A program made the position numbers and the translations under genes. From IMG/VR virus record IMGVR_UViG_3300042154_004306: DNA of 64,000 nucleotides; one strand, written 5' to 3'. This stretch comes from a virus. Taxonomy: Duplodnaviria; Heunggongvirae; Uroviricota; Caudoviricetes. The notes beneath the pieces were generated by a model, which saw only the letters and a list, made by a program, of their open reading frames with translations, searched no databases and was not told the DNA's origin. Positions 27,011 to 37,028 of the stretch are shown in pieces (within the stretch, counting starts at the first letter, position 1; each line of letters begins with the position of its first letter).

Positions 27011-28565
27011 TATGTTTTTAAAAGTAAAAAGACTGCAGTCAATTCAAAGCCTGATTCTAGAAGCGGATCTCATCCAAATCGGAGGTCAGATTGATAACTT
27101 GGTGGACAAGGATCGGAAATCCGGCAGCGAAGACGGCAAGAGCAAGGAGGATCCTAACGAAATGCTTAATAGATTATTGGACGCTCTTTTTGCAATGGGC
27201 GAGGACGATCTAAATTCGAAACTGGACGATCCGGCGTTTGACCGGTACTTCGGTAATCCAAAAATGAAAGCGGTTTTAGACAGTTATTTCGCTTACTTGA
27301 CCGAGAGAGTTGCAGAATTCCGTAAAAACCTAGAAGAGGCCCTATCTAAAAAGGAAGTCAATGAGGTTGAAATCGAAGAAATAAGTCGTAAGATTTTTAC
27401 GTTTGTTGCAAGGATTCATGTTCTTGAAAAGATTTATGCTAAGTTAGACAGCAAAGGCACAACTGATTTTAGCGGAGAAATTTACGAAACGATTAAAAAG
27501 GTGCAGGATGATTTAGCTGAGGCATTCTCTTTAAAGATTAAAATTCCAGCCAAAATAGCACAACAAGCCTATGCTAACTTTGAACAGGCCGAAACTGAGG
27601 AAGCCCAAAAAGAAGCAGCAACCGAAGTATTTGATGCAATTCACACAGCCGAGGTAATCACGGACGACATGTCTGATGAACTTACTTCAGGTATCCAAGC
27701 AGCAGACAAAGAATATGAGGCTAAAATAGACGCAAAATTGGGAGCTGGCACCTCAGCTGACCTAAAAAGCGGACTATTCATTAACAAGAACACTGCATCT
27801 ATAATTAGAAGAATCTTTCAATTTCAATACACAAACTGGACAAATGAAGCCGATATTATCCGAGAAGCAAATGCGCTAAAGGTGAGTATTAACGGATTTC
27901 CGGACGTATCTGACGAAGCTAAAGAATACTTAGTTAAAATGGTTGATGGAATTCAAAAGAGTCTTATCGAAAGAGCCAAAAGCAAAGAATTTGAAACCAA
28001 GAAATACAAGGGAATTCATTATGATTTCGATAAGAAATTACCATTATATGAAAGAACTGCTCTACCGGTTACAGGAAAGCAGATCGCAGATGATACAAAG
28101 ATAATGAAGTTCAGAAAAGCTTCTCAAGCACTAATGGGACTTGTATTTGGAGAAGATACTACAGGAAATACGGCAGCCGGTCAAGCGTTTGCTAAAACCG
28201 GTAAACACCTACATACGCTGTATGCTAAAACTTTGAATACTACAGCGAAGGCAGTAGGTAAAGCGGTTAAGGGCAGAGAAGGCGAAATGAAAGCGGATGC
28301 TTACTCTAGACTCTTTATCTTAGACACATCGGTAGTTGACGAACCCAAACCTAAAGCAGTTACTGAGGAAGGCGAAGCCCCTGGAGTTACTCCACAGGTT
28401 CCAGGCTCAATAGGCTCAATGGGACCAATCACTCCACCGACTCAAAATACGATAGGCTCAGGCGATAAATTCGTTTCGCTTGGTGGCAATACTAAAAAGA
28501 AAAAGAAGAAGTCTTCATCCGTATTGGGATTCGCAGATTTTATAAAAGAACAAAATAACAGATAA
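26964..28565 (+). CDS. Large helical putative virion protein (ATG at 27011 more likely)
   Basis: Long ORF with C-terminal Pro/Gly segment, poly-Lys and VLGFADFIKE motif. Confidence 0.75.
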   Translation: MIQLTRLNIYYNLKPNMFLKVKRLQSIQSLILEADLIQIGGQIDNLVDKDRKSGSEDGKSKEDPNEMLNRLLDALFAMGEDDLNSKLDDPAFDRYFGNPKMKAVLDSYFAYLTERVAEFRKNLEEALSKKEVNEVEIEEISRKIFTFVARIHVLEKIYAKLDSKGTTDFSGEIYETIKKVQDDLAEAFSLKIKIPAKIAQQAYANFEQAETEEAQKEAATEVFDAIHTAEVITDDMSDELTSGIQAADKEYEAKIDAKLGAGTSADLKSGLFINKNTASIIRRIFQFQYTNWTNEADIIREANALKVSINGFPDVSDEAKEYLVKMVDGIQKSLIERAKSKEFETKKYKGIHYDFDKKLPLYERTALPVTGKQIADDTKIMKFRKASQALMGLVFGEDTTGNTAAGQAFAKTGKHLHTLYAKTLNTTAKAVGKAVKGREGEMKADAYSRLFILDTSVVDEPKPKAVTEEGEAPGVTPQVPGSIGSMGPITPPTQNTIGSGDKFVSLGGNTKKKKKKSSSVLGFADFIKEQNNR

Positions 28566-28569
28566 TAAA

Positions 28570-29181
28570 ATGAAAATTATTAAAACATTTGAAAGCTTTT
28601 TTAGTGAGCCAAACGATCATGAAATGATGCCGCACCAATTCTCAACCGATAAAGTCGATCATGATGATCACCATAAAGTTGAGAACTACATGCTTTTCGG
28701 AAACTTGGAAACAATCCAAAGATTGACTGAGATCATGTTAAAAATGGATCCAAGAAAAGTAGATCAAATTTTAAAGAACGGGCATAGTTGGGCGGTAGAT
28801 CATATTGCTACATCAAAGGATGATATTGAAGAAGTTGCTAACTTTCTAATTGGTGAAATGAATGAGAATATTGAAGAAGGTATTCACGATAGAGATATTA
28901 CAGCAGCCTCTCATACAAACGTAAAAGGAACGATGGGAGATTATGATCCTAAGGCCAGAGCAGAGAATTTAGCTAAGTTAAAAAACTTTGGGCCTAAGGG
29001 AAAATACTCTGACCGTAAACGCCGTTCTGAACATAATGACAGAATGTCTGATAATCCAGAGAATGAAGAGTACATGGCCGAAGGTAGTTACACATGCAAT
29101 GAATGTGGAACCTCTTATGAAGCGGCTGTTATAAATGAAGGTGACGTATGCGAGTGCGGAGGTTCACTAAATAAAGAATAA
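28570..29181 (+). CDS. Putative internal head protein with C-terminal Zn ribbon
   Basis: MKIIKTFESFFSE; CNEC...CECG. Confidence 0.7.
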   Translation: MKIIKTFESFFSEPNDHEMMPHQFSTDKVDHDDHHKVENYMLFGNLETIQRLTEIMLKMDPRKVDQILKNGHSWAVDHIATSKDDIEEVANFLIGEMNENIEEGIHDRDITAASHTNVKGTMGDYDPKARAENLAKLKNFGPKGKYSDRKRRSEHNDRMSDNPENEEYMAEGSYTCNECGTSYEAAVINEGDVCECGGSLNKE

Positions 29182-29184
29182 TAT

Positions 29185-29748
29185 ATGCAAAGACTCGTAA
29201 AATCATTTAGTCAATTTAATGAATCTCTGGTATCAGAGAGCCTACTCTATCATATAGATGAAGGTATTTCAATAGCTGAGTCAGTATATCGTCCAGCAAG
29301 TCAAGCTCATTTTGAGCTCCTGGCTGAAGCTAGAACAGCCTACTCCAGAGGAGAGATTAAACTTACTGGAATTGATCAGATTTTATTTGAAGAGACTGAC
29401 CTTGGAAGATTTGGAGAATATCGAGGTGAGATTGTGCCGTTGGACTTTTTATTTGAAGCAGAGTATCACGGAAAGACCGTTGAGACTGGCAAGCCAATGA
29501 GAGGCGGAACAAAAAAGTATTACGTTTACGTCGTTAATCCAAAAACTAAAAAGGTTAAAAAAATTGCATTCGGAGACGTCCATGGTGGATTAACTGCAAA
29601 AGTAAGCAATCCTAAAGCTCGTAAAAGTTTTGCAGCAAGACATCAATGTCATCTAAAAAATGACAGAACCACTGCCGGTTACTGGGCATGCAGAATTAAC
29701 AGATACGCTCATCTATGGGGCGGTAAAACATATCCAGGATTTTGGTAA
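29185..29748 (+). CDS. Putative internal head protein with basic Cys/His C-terminal domain
   Basis: MQRLVKSFSQFNE; ARKSFAARHQC...GYWAC. Confidence 0.7.
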   Translation: MQRLVKSFSQFNESLVSESLLYHIDEGISIAESVYRPASQAHFELLAEARTAYSRGEIKLTGIDQILFEETDLGRFGEYRGEIVPLDFLFEAEYHGKTVETGKPMRGGTKKYYVYVVNPKTKKVKKIAFGDVHGGLTAKVSNPKARKSFAARHQCHLKNDRTTAGYWACRINRYAHLWGGKTYPGFW

Positions 29749-29749
29749 T

Positions 29750-30019
29750 ATGCAAAAGCCGTACACTAATCTTAATGAAGAGAATGGGGTTCTAATTAGA
29801 GAATTTTCTCAAGCCCTTGATCCAATAGAGTTAAAGTGGCATCGTGATGATGAGACTAGAGAAATAATTTCAGAAAATGAGACGGACTGGATGATCCAGT
29901 TGGATAATGCACTACCTGTCTCGTTAAATAATAATATACGGATTCCAAGACATGAATGGCATCGTCTAATTAAGGGAACCGGAACACTAACATTAAAAAT
30001 TAAAAAGGAACCAGTATGA
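29750..30019 (+). CDS. Small cupin-fold protein (start trimmed from the 29660 ORF call)
   Basis: WHRD and WHRLIKG His motifs; ATG at 29750 follows the stop of the upstream gene. Confidence 0.6.
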   Translation: MQKPYTNLNEENGVLIREFSQALDPIELKWHRDDETREIISENETDWMIQLDNALPVSLNNNIRIPRHEWHRLIKGTGTLTLKIKKEPV

Positions 30020-30360
30020 AATTCTCAATCGGAGACAGAATTATGATTAAAGCGGACGCGGAAGAGCTACAAAACGGCGTCATTGAAATGGTAGACGGTA
30101 CAACCGGTACCATTTCTGAGATTTATCAAAACAGCTATGAGCCCGATGTCGATCGATTTGAAGTTGAACTGGATGAACCGATTGAATATAATGGAGATCG
30201 AATTAGAATTGTGCCGGGTCTGTATTCTGACAATATTGAATTGATCAAGAGCAGAAAGACTGCTGCTGAAAAAACAGGCAGATCTAGCAAAAAGAGAATT
30301 AACGAGAGATATGCAATGTCTTTCGCGGATCTAGTAAAAAAAGAAGGTCTAAAGAAGTAA
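30016..30360 (+). CDS. KOW/SH3-like protein
   Basis: KFSIGDRIMIK...GTTGTISEI; C-terminal AMSFADLV motif. Confidence 0.6.
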   Translation: MKFSIGDRIMIKADAEELQNGVIEMVDGTTGTISEIYQNSYEPDVDRFEVELDEPIEYNGDRIRIVPGLYSDNIELIKSRKTAAEKTGRSSKKRINERYAMSFADLVKKEGLKK

Positions 30361-30911
30361 TGGAAAAGGCAATTGAATCTTTCAAGTCTTACTTAATAAC
30401 TGAGTCATATAAGGGCCCAGAGCAACTTAGGCTGGCACAGAACCTGTATCAAAGGCCTGAAATTTTTAAAACGGAATTTGACTATCGCGGAATTAATCTG
30501 TATGACAATCCTGATACAATAGATGATAAAGATACTGGAATGTCAGAGGAGGATCATGCTCAACTTAAAGCAATAGGCTTGGTCAATTCAACCGAGATTG
30601 AATACCTATCAGGTCGCAAGCTAGAGCTTGAATACGATATGATAGTCGATTGGACGTCGGTTGGGATTGACCGAATAATATTCATTCCAAAAAGAATGAA
30701 ATTGGTGATTGAGGTTGAGACCTGGAATGAGGTTAAAAATGAGACGGTAACAACGACAATTGAAATCATTGATGATAATATCGGGGACCGGTTTGAATGG
30801 GACTTTACTCGGCAGTATTTTCCGATTGAGCCGACTAGCGTGGAAATTCACATGAATGAGTCATTTGACACTAGCCAATTCAGGTATGAGTTCATGATTG
30901 GTGAATGGTGA
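30360..30911 (+). CDS. Acidic putative head-targeted protein
   Basis: MEKAIESFKSYLITE. Confidence 0.7.
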   Translation: MEKAIESFKSYLITESYKGPEQLRLAQNLYQRPEIFKTEFDYRGINLYDNPDTIDDKDTGMSEEDHAQLKAIGLVNSTEIEYLSGRKLELEYDMIVDWTSVGIDRIIFIPKRMKLVIEVETWNEVKNETVTTTIEIIDDNIGDRFEWDFTRQYFPIEPTSVEIHMNESFDTSQFRYEFMIGEW

Positions 30912-30939
30912 TAATCGGCCTCTCAATAGTACTAAATGC

Positions 30940-30967
30940 AGGAAGACACAGTGTCTTCCTTTTTTAT
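30940..30967 (+). terminator. Intrinsic terminator
   Basis: AGGAAGACA-CAG-TGTCTTCCT followed by a T run. Confidence 0.85.
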
Positions 30968-30993
30968 TTTCTGCGATAAATAAACTAAAATGA

Positions 30994-32997
30994 TTGCAAT
31001 TAATGGCAGAAGGAATTAATACGCTAACGACAGCGCTGGCGTTCGCGGGAGTGAACTATATGCAAAAGCTAGCTGGCGAAGAAACGAAGACTCCGTTTAA
31101 CGTCGATTTACTTGGTGCAAACGATCAAGGTTTTTTACAGCACAATGTAAGTTCAATAATGAACAAGTTCACGGTATTCCAATATGCACCGTTGAACGCC
31201 GGCGCCTCGTATAGAGCAGAGGGGCATTTCATTGGCTTTACAAATAATCTCAAAAAAGATGAGGACTATGTAGGAGACTCTGGGGCATATACTTTGATCC
31301 GAACGAAGGCCCTAACCGACTCGTTAGCGTCGGCTAAGGCACAGGGAAAGGATGCTCTAGTAAAAAAGATCGAAGAACGAATTAAATTTTATCGGAATGG
31401 CGAAGACGCGATTACTCGATCTGCTAGAAATTTCAGGAACACATCGACAGATACCTTATCTAATCCAACGGCTGGTCGATTAATCAAATGGGGAGCCGAT
31501 GTTTCAGCAGCTACAAATATAGGTTTTCAACCCTATTCGCATACTGATTTTATGTACTGTAAGCATTACGGAAAGATTCCAAATAACCGATTAATAACTT
31601 TACGTAGGTATCCTTTTCCAATAGGCGACTCTTTAAGATTGGGTGGAAATGGCAGAAATGCGATACCGGTAGCCCAAGCCGTTACCTGGTTCGGAGGAGA
31701 GACCGCCAATACCCTAAATAGTCTTGGAGTTTTTAATTGGGACATTCCATGGGAACCAATAAATGCAGTAGATGGAGCAACTGGCCAAACAATTGAAGGT
31801 AATGAAATTACGCTAAATGAACTATTAAAGTTGGTCACTGGTGTACCCGGAGGAGACCAAATAAAGTCAGCAATCACAGCAGCTTACGTTGCAACGGTCG
31901 GAACTGATGAGCAAATGTCGCAGGCCTCAGGATTCGATGAAAAAATTCAAAAGTATCAAAAAAATCTATACGATCAGACCAGCGGCCCTTATTGGAATAG
32001 AATATACGGACCGGTGAATGTGATAACTAAATCAAGTAGACGACAAAGAGGCGTTCAGTCACTTTGGGACAGTAATGTGATCTCTCTAAAATTTCATTAC
32101 GTATTTAGATCGTTTAATGGAATGAGCCCAAAGATTGCAGCTCTTGATATTATTTCAAATTTCATGAATTTAACATATCAAGATGCACAATTCTTAGGCC
32201 AATTGGCAAGGTACTTTCCTAAGACTGGTGTAAAGTTTGATCCTACTACAACTGAGGCAATTGGTAATATCCTAACGAGCTGGGGTACTACTAGCGCCGG
32301 AAATAACTCATCTGAGTTTGGTACTCTATTCGCAAATCTAATCGGTGCAGTAAAACTAGCAGGTAGTAACATAGTGTCAGACCCTCTTGGAACTGGCCTA
32401 AAAGCTTTACAGGCAGGCCTAATGCGGCCGGACATGTTGGGAAATGCTATTCCTGACCTAATCTCAATTAAATCGGCACTTTCGGATAGACCCGTTGGAG
32501 AATGGCATATAGTCGTTGGAAATCCAATGAATCCTATATTTGTGATGGGGGATCTACTTTGTCAAGACGTCAAAATGGCATGGGACGATGAAATTGGGCC
32601 GGACGATTTTCCGACTGGTGTAACATTCTCAGTTACTTTAAAACAAGGAAAACCTAGGGATAAGACAGCAATCGAACGAATGTTAAACCACGGTCAAACC
32701 AAAATAACCGCTGGAGCTCTTAGAACTTCATCAGAGTCAGATACATTTGGTGAAGTCAATAATACTGCTTGGAATCAATTGACGAGTACTGAATCTACTC
32801 CAGACAGACTAGCAGCCATTTATGAAGGCCTTAGTGCTAATAAAAAGGACACATATCAGTCGTTCAGGGACAGATTTTTAACGGGTTATGGTTTTGCAAA
32901 AGTAGGTAACTCATTCACAGCGACCGGCCAAGACAAGAGTAAATTAGATGATAGCTTATTATTACTATACTATCAACGTCAATATGGAAATAATTAA
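30994..32997 (+). CDS. Baseplate/tail-tube-initiator-like structural protein (ATG at 31003 likely)
   Basis: Heads the baseplate cluster after GATAAATA 30975-30982; beta-rich C-terminal region GEWHIVVGNPMNP...FSVTLKQG. Confidence 0.55.
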   Translation: MQLMAEGINTLTTALAFAGVNYMQKLAGEETKTPFNVDLLGANDQGFLQHNVSSIMNKFTVFQYAPLNAGASYRAEGHFIGFTNNLKKDEDYVGDSGAYTLIRTKALTDSLASAKAQGKDALVKKIEERIKFYRNGEDAITRSARNFRNTSTDTLSNPTAGRLIKWGADVSAATNIGFQPYSHTDFMYCKHYGKIPNNRLITLRRYPFPIGDSLRLGGNGRNAIPVAQAVTWFGGETANTLNSLGVFNWDIPWEPINAVDGATGQTIEGNEITLNELLKLVTGVPGGDQIKSAITAAYVATVGTDEQMSQASGFDEKIQKYQKNLYDQTSGPYWNRIYGPVNVITKSSRRQRGVQSLWDSNVISLKFHYVFRSFNGMSPKIAALDIISNFMNLTYQDAQFLGQLARYFPKTGVKFDPTTTEAIGNILTSWGTTSAGNNSSEFGTLFANLIGAVKLAGSNIVSDPLGTGLKALQAGLMRPDMLGNAIPDLISIKSALSDRPVGEWHIVVGNPMNPIFVMGDLLCQDVKMAWDDEIGPDDFPTGVTFSVTLKQGKPRDKTAIERMLNHGQTKITAGALRTSSESDTFGEVNNTAWNQLTSTESTPDRLAAIYEGLSANKKDTYQSFRDRFLTGYGFAKVGNSFTATGQDKSKLDDSLLLLYYQRQYGNN

Positions 32998-33003
32998 TTA
33001 AAT

Positions 33004-33603
33004 ATGATAGAACTTGCAATATTTGGAAAAAAAGGAAATTTTACCAAAACAAACGGAGATTCAGTAGTTGACCTGATTAGGCGAAGCGTTTCGTTTAGAG
33101 GAGTAACTGTGAATCAAGGTAAATCTTACATAGTTGAAGAAGGTTTACAAATGAGAGGCGACCTGATCTCTAAGACATTTTATCAAACTTCAGGTTTTTT
33201 GTGTCTTCTGTTAAAATACAATGGAATTTCAAATCCATTTGCGATTGATGTTAACGATATTCTTAAAATGCCAGACGGCTCAGTGTTATCATCAATGCTA
33301 GCAACGCCGGATAAAATAAACGGATCAGATAATAACTGGATTACCTCAACTAGAAAGAAGAAGAAACCTCAGTTCATTAGCCCTGCGACAAAACAGGATC
33401 AAAAACGACTTGCCTATTTGACTACCAAATACGGAACAGCGGTGGCTCCGACTACGGCAGCTAAGGATACGTCAGTTAAGATAGCAAACGGAAAAGTTGT
33501 ATTTGGTTCAGGAGTTACGTCAATCAAAAAGGAGGACTGCCCTGATCCAATTTCAAGAACCAAGCTTTTGACTACCTTATTAAAAAATAAAATTAATGGC
33601 TAA
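33004..33603 (+). CDS. Baseplate wedge gp53-like / LysM-type protein
   Basis: RGDLISKTFY...LLKYNGISNPF...DILKMP. Confidence 0.7.
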   Translation: MIELAIFGKKGNFTKTNGDSVVDLIRRSVSFRGVTVNQGKSYIVEEGLQMRGDLISKTFYQTSGFLCLLLKYNGISNPFAIDVNDILKMPDGSVLSSMLATPDKINGSDNNWITSTRKKKKPQFISPATKQDQKRLAYLTTKYGTAVAPTTAAKDTSVKIANGKVVFGSGVTSIKKEDCPDPISRTKLLTTLLKNKING

Positions 33604-35102
33604 TGGGATTAGAGAGCATAATTCTTACTAAGATTGAACCTAAGCTGACTCCTCCAAGTCTTGACATCCTTGATTTGGAAAAACCGGACGGCGAAGTTCA
33701 AAGAACTCCAGATCGCACAGGTTACGCATCTCAACTTGGAAAGAAATCGCCTTTGGTTAAAATAGGTAATGCTAGAATTCCATCAACTGATATTATATCG
33801 GCTTCAATATACTATGATGAATTGATTCCTAAAATACATGTGAGCATTTTTGATTCATCTGGAACATTCACGTCAGTTACGTTTCCTAAAAAGAATCCAC
33901 TATTGACAATCTACATCGCAAGGAGTCATTCAAAATTAAATGAGCTTTGTCAAACGTTTTTAATAACGGATATTCAGTCAATGCCAATGGGTCAATCGAT
34001 AACTCGATATGATTTTTATGGCGAGCTGTACATTCCTAAACTGAACGGTAATTTCGTGAAATCCTATTCTAACATGACGTCTCAAGAAGCTTTACAAAAA
34101 ATAGCTAGGGAACTTCAAATTGGATACGCGTCAAATGAAGAAGCTTTTGATGATAAAATGACATGGATTAATCCAAACTTGAATTATAAAGCCTTCATTA
34201 AAATGATCGCTGATCATAGTTTCAAAAACAAAGACACGTTTTTTGAATGTTTCATTGATCGATACTATACACTCTGCTTGGTAAATGTAGAAAATCAATT
34301 TAAGCCGTTTGATAGTGATAAGGATATTCCGCTAGGCTATGCAGCAACCTCAACCGAATACGCAGATTTAAGTTTAGCAAAAGATGCGGCAGATAGCCTT
34401 AGTATTGATTCGCAAGTTCCAATAATCTTGACGAACGGCTCAAATCTTGGAGCTGGCTCAGACTTTACGATAGTAGAGTACTCAATGATAAGCGAAAACG
34501 GCAGTATTTTACAAAGATCAGGTTTTAGAAAGCGACTACAAATGTACCAGCAAGGAGAAGAAGAGGCTCTTAAAGACTGGTTCGTTGAACCTCTTTCAAC
34601 GATATCGCCAAACGGTGATCAAGTTCACCAAACGCCAGATCTCACTGACTATACGGATGCCGGTAACGAGATTGTTAAATGGATGGGAACTGACTATGGT
34701 AATAGTCATCTAAGCTATAAGTACGCAAAGCTGGTGAATCACCATAATCGTGAAGAGACTGAAAAGAACCTGTTAAGAGTCAAGCTTGACGGTATTAATC
34801 ACAATATCAGTAGAGGTGCTAGATTGGCAGTTGACATCTATGGAGATCGTTTAAAAAGAGCAAGTGATGACTCGGCTAAAGACGAGCTGGCAACTGAAGA
34901 TAGTCAGCAGGACAGAGAAAAAACGGGCAGAGATACAGCGTCCGCTCAAATCAAGGATGAGTATTTAAGCGGTGCATATTACGTAAAGAGCATTTCATAT
35001 CATTACAATGCAGCAGCTGAACCACGTCAGAAATTTTCAACGGTAATGATGTTAAGCCGTCGTAGTTGGTTTCCTGAACCTAAAATGGAAAATAAAATTT
35101 AA
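33603..35102 (+). CDS. Baseplate hub protein (gp27/GPD-like)
   Basis: WINPN, FFECFIDRYY, C-terminal LSGAYYVKSISYHY...MMLSRR; position before gp5. Confidence 0.65.
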   Translation: MGLESIILTKIEPKLTPPSLDILDLEKPDGEVQRTPDRTGYASQLGKKSPLVKIGNARIPSTDIISASIYYDELIPKIHVSIFDSSGTFTSVTFPKKNPLLTIYIARSHSKLNELCQTFLITDIQSMPMGQSITRYDFYGELYIPKLNGNFVKSYSNMTSQEALQKIARELQIGYASNEEAFDDKMTWINPNLNYKAFIKMIADHSFKNKDTFFECFIDRYYTLCLVNVENQFKPFDSDKDIPLGYAATSTEYADLSLAKDAADSLSIDSQVPIILTNGSNLGAGSDFTIVEYSMISENGSILQRSGFRKRLQMYQQGEEEALKDWFVEPLSTISPNGDQVHQTPDLTDYTDAGNEIVKWMGTDYGNSHLSYKYAKLVNHHNREETEKNLLRVKLDGINHNISRGARLAVDIYGDRLKRASDDSAKDELATEDSQQDREKTGRDTASAQIKDEYLSGAYYVKSISYHYNAAAEPRQKFSTVMMLSRRSWFPEPKMENKI

Positions 35103-35107
35103 TAATA

Positions 35108-36217
35108 ATGGCTCAATTAATAAATGGACCTAAGCGGTATAAACAATTCGTAAAGAGTGCACTAAATGATGTACAGGACCCGATTTTTCTAACATTTGAT
35201 CTTGATTTTTTTCCAAATCAAGCCACTCCCGAGAGTGAATGGTTAAACACAGTACCCTCAACTACCGGAGACGGTTTATTTTGGGACAATTTATTTAGAC
35301 CCGCCAGAGCGGCAACTGATGTTGACACAAATTACGTTAACGTTGAATGGCCTGCGCAAGATTGGTTAGCAATATATGGTTCACCGTGGACGAAATACCA
35401 TGATGACAAATTACCGGAAGCAATTAAGCAGTTGCGAAAACTACAGGAGTCTCCATGGTACTTTCAATCAATTCAAGGAGTCGATCAGTTATGGAAGGCG
35501 GCAATGCGAGTGAAGGACGGAGATAAGAAAGCTGAAATTACGGTTAACTGCCTCGATTCAATTGAACAACCTCTACTTAAGTTCGCAGAATACTATCGTA
35601 AAGCAATTTATGATTCAGATAAAATGTGTTACACTCTACCGGATAACTTAAGAACATTTGACATGACAATCACGCTATTTGAAATTAGGGATATTGATGA
35701 TCGATCGGCTAATTTAGCAAGCGGACTACACCAAATAAAGTACAGACTGCAAAGATGCGAATTTGATTTTTCGGAGACGCTCGGAGGAGCAATTAGCGGT
35801 AGTGAAATTAAAGCCTACACTGAGGATAAACCGTTCGCGACGTCTTTCAAGATACGAGCAGGCTGGGTGTTAGAAGAGTCAGAAGAGTCATCGGAGTCAG
35901 ATTACCATTCACTAGGTATTTTTTCAGGCCTTGCGAGTTCACTCGAGGGTAGAGCTCAAAGGTTCTTATCTAGTGCAGCACGACTTCCAGCTAGACTAGT
36001 CGGAGACCTAACTAACCGATTACAGACTGGCCTTGAAACCGTGTTAGCGCAAAATGTGTATAATAGAAGTACGGAAGTTCTTGGATCAGGTCAACTCTTA
36101 GGAAGGCGATCGCCAGTTGGGCCGGTTGGAGGTCAAGGAGTCAATGATGATGTTTATCCGGGAGCTGACACTAGTAAAATAATTAAAGACGGAGCACTAG
36201 GAGACGTTTACCCATAA
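35108..36217 (+). CDS. Tail-tube-fold baseplate protein (gp48/gp54-like)
   Basis: WYFQSIQGVDQLW...ITVNCLDS...FDMTITLFE pattern; baseplate context. Confidence 0.5.
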   Translation: MAQLINGPKRYKQFVKSALNDVQDPIFLTFDLDFFPNQATPESEWLNTVPSTTGDGLFWDNLFRPARAATDVDTNYVNVEWPAQDWLAIYGSPWTKYHDDKLPEAIKQLRKLQESPWYFQSIQGVDQLWKAAMRVKDGDKKAEITVNCLDSIEQPLLKFAEYYRKAIYDSDKMCYTLPDNLRTFDMTITLFEIRDIDDRSANLASGLHQIKYRLQRCEFDFSETLGGAISGSEIKAYTEDKPFATSFKIRAGWVLEESEESSESDYHSLGIFSGLASSLEGRAQRFLSSAARLPARLVGDLTNRLQTGLETVLAQNVYNRSTEVLGSGQLLGRRSPVGPVGGQGVNDDVYPGADTSKIIKDGALGDVYP

Positions 36218-36224
36218 TTAATAT

Positions 36225-37028
36225 ATGATAACTTCAAATAATGAAATTGTAAAAGATCAAAGCGGTGCAGAATTAATTGTTACCAAGTACTTGGGAGAGG
36301 TGGTTGATGTGAAGGATCCATTGAGAGAAGGCCGTTGCCGGGTCAGGGTTTTCAGCATATTTGATAATTTGCCGGTTGAGGATATTCCATGGGCAACACA
36401 AATGAAAAAGCCCACTTTCTTTGGGCAGTATGCAAAGGCTGGATCAATTTCAATTCCCAAGAAAGGTTCAATTGTTGAAGTTGTTTTCAATAATGGAAAT
36501 CTCTACTCACCAGAATACGGTCAAATCCAAGAGATTGGAGACGATATCAAGGAGGCTCTGCAGTCTAGCACGGATTACGAGTATGAGGGAGCTCACTATA
36601 TTCTATTTGATGGAGATGAACATATCAAAATATACTTCACTAAAGGTAGGGGACTAACCTTGGAAATGAAGGACTCCTACTTGACAATTGATCAAAATTC
36701 AAAGATTGAAATTTATCATAAGGACGGACTGTCATCAATGGAATTTGATGGAAACGTTATCAACGTACAAAGTTCATCTCAAGTGAACGTCACGTCTAAT
36801 GTAGTAACCCTAGAGGGTCAAACCGTAAATATTAACGGTCAATTAACGAATATCGGTGCAAATGCAAAGGCCGAACATGCCGTAATGGGAAATACTCTAT
36901 TTGAAATATTGGTGACTCTAGCCTCGGCACTCGATGCTAAAATGCCAAGCACACCTGGTGCAAACTCAGCATACGTTACTTCTATGTTACCTAAATTATT
37001 ATCGGGTACCGTTACGGTAGGAATGTAA
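36225..37028 (+). CDS. g5: Baseplate spike gp5-like protein (OB fold + beta-helix, no lysozyme)
   Basis: YLGEVVDVKDPLREGRCRVRVF...IPWA...SIPKKGSIVEVVF. Confidence 0.85.
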   Translation: MITSNNEIVKDQSGAELIVTKYLGEVVDVKDPLREGRCRVRVFSIFDNLPVEDIPWATQMKKPTFFGQYAKAGSISIPKKGSIVEVVFNNGNLYSPEYGQIQEIGDDIKEALQSSTDYEYEGAHYILFDGDEHIKIYFTKGRGLTLEMKDSYLTIDQNSKIEIYHKDGLSSMEFDGNVINVQSSSQVNVTSNVVTLEGQTVNINGQLTNIGANAKAEHAVMGNTLFEILVTLASALDAKMPSTPGANSAYVTSMLPKLLSGTVTVGM

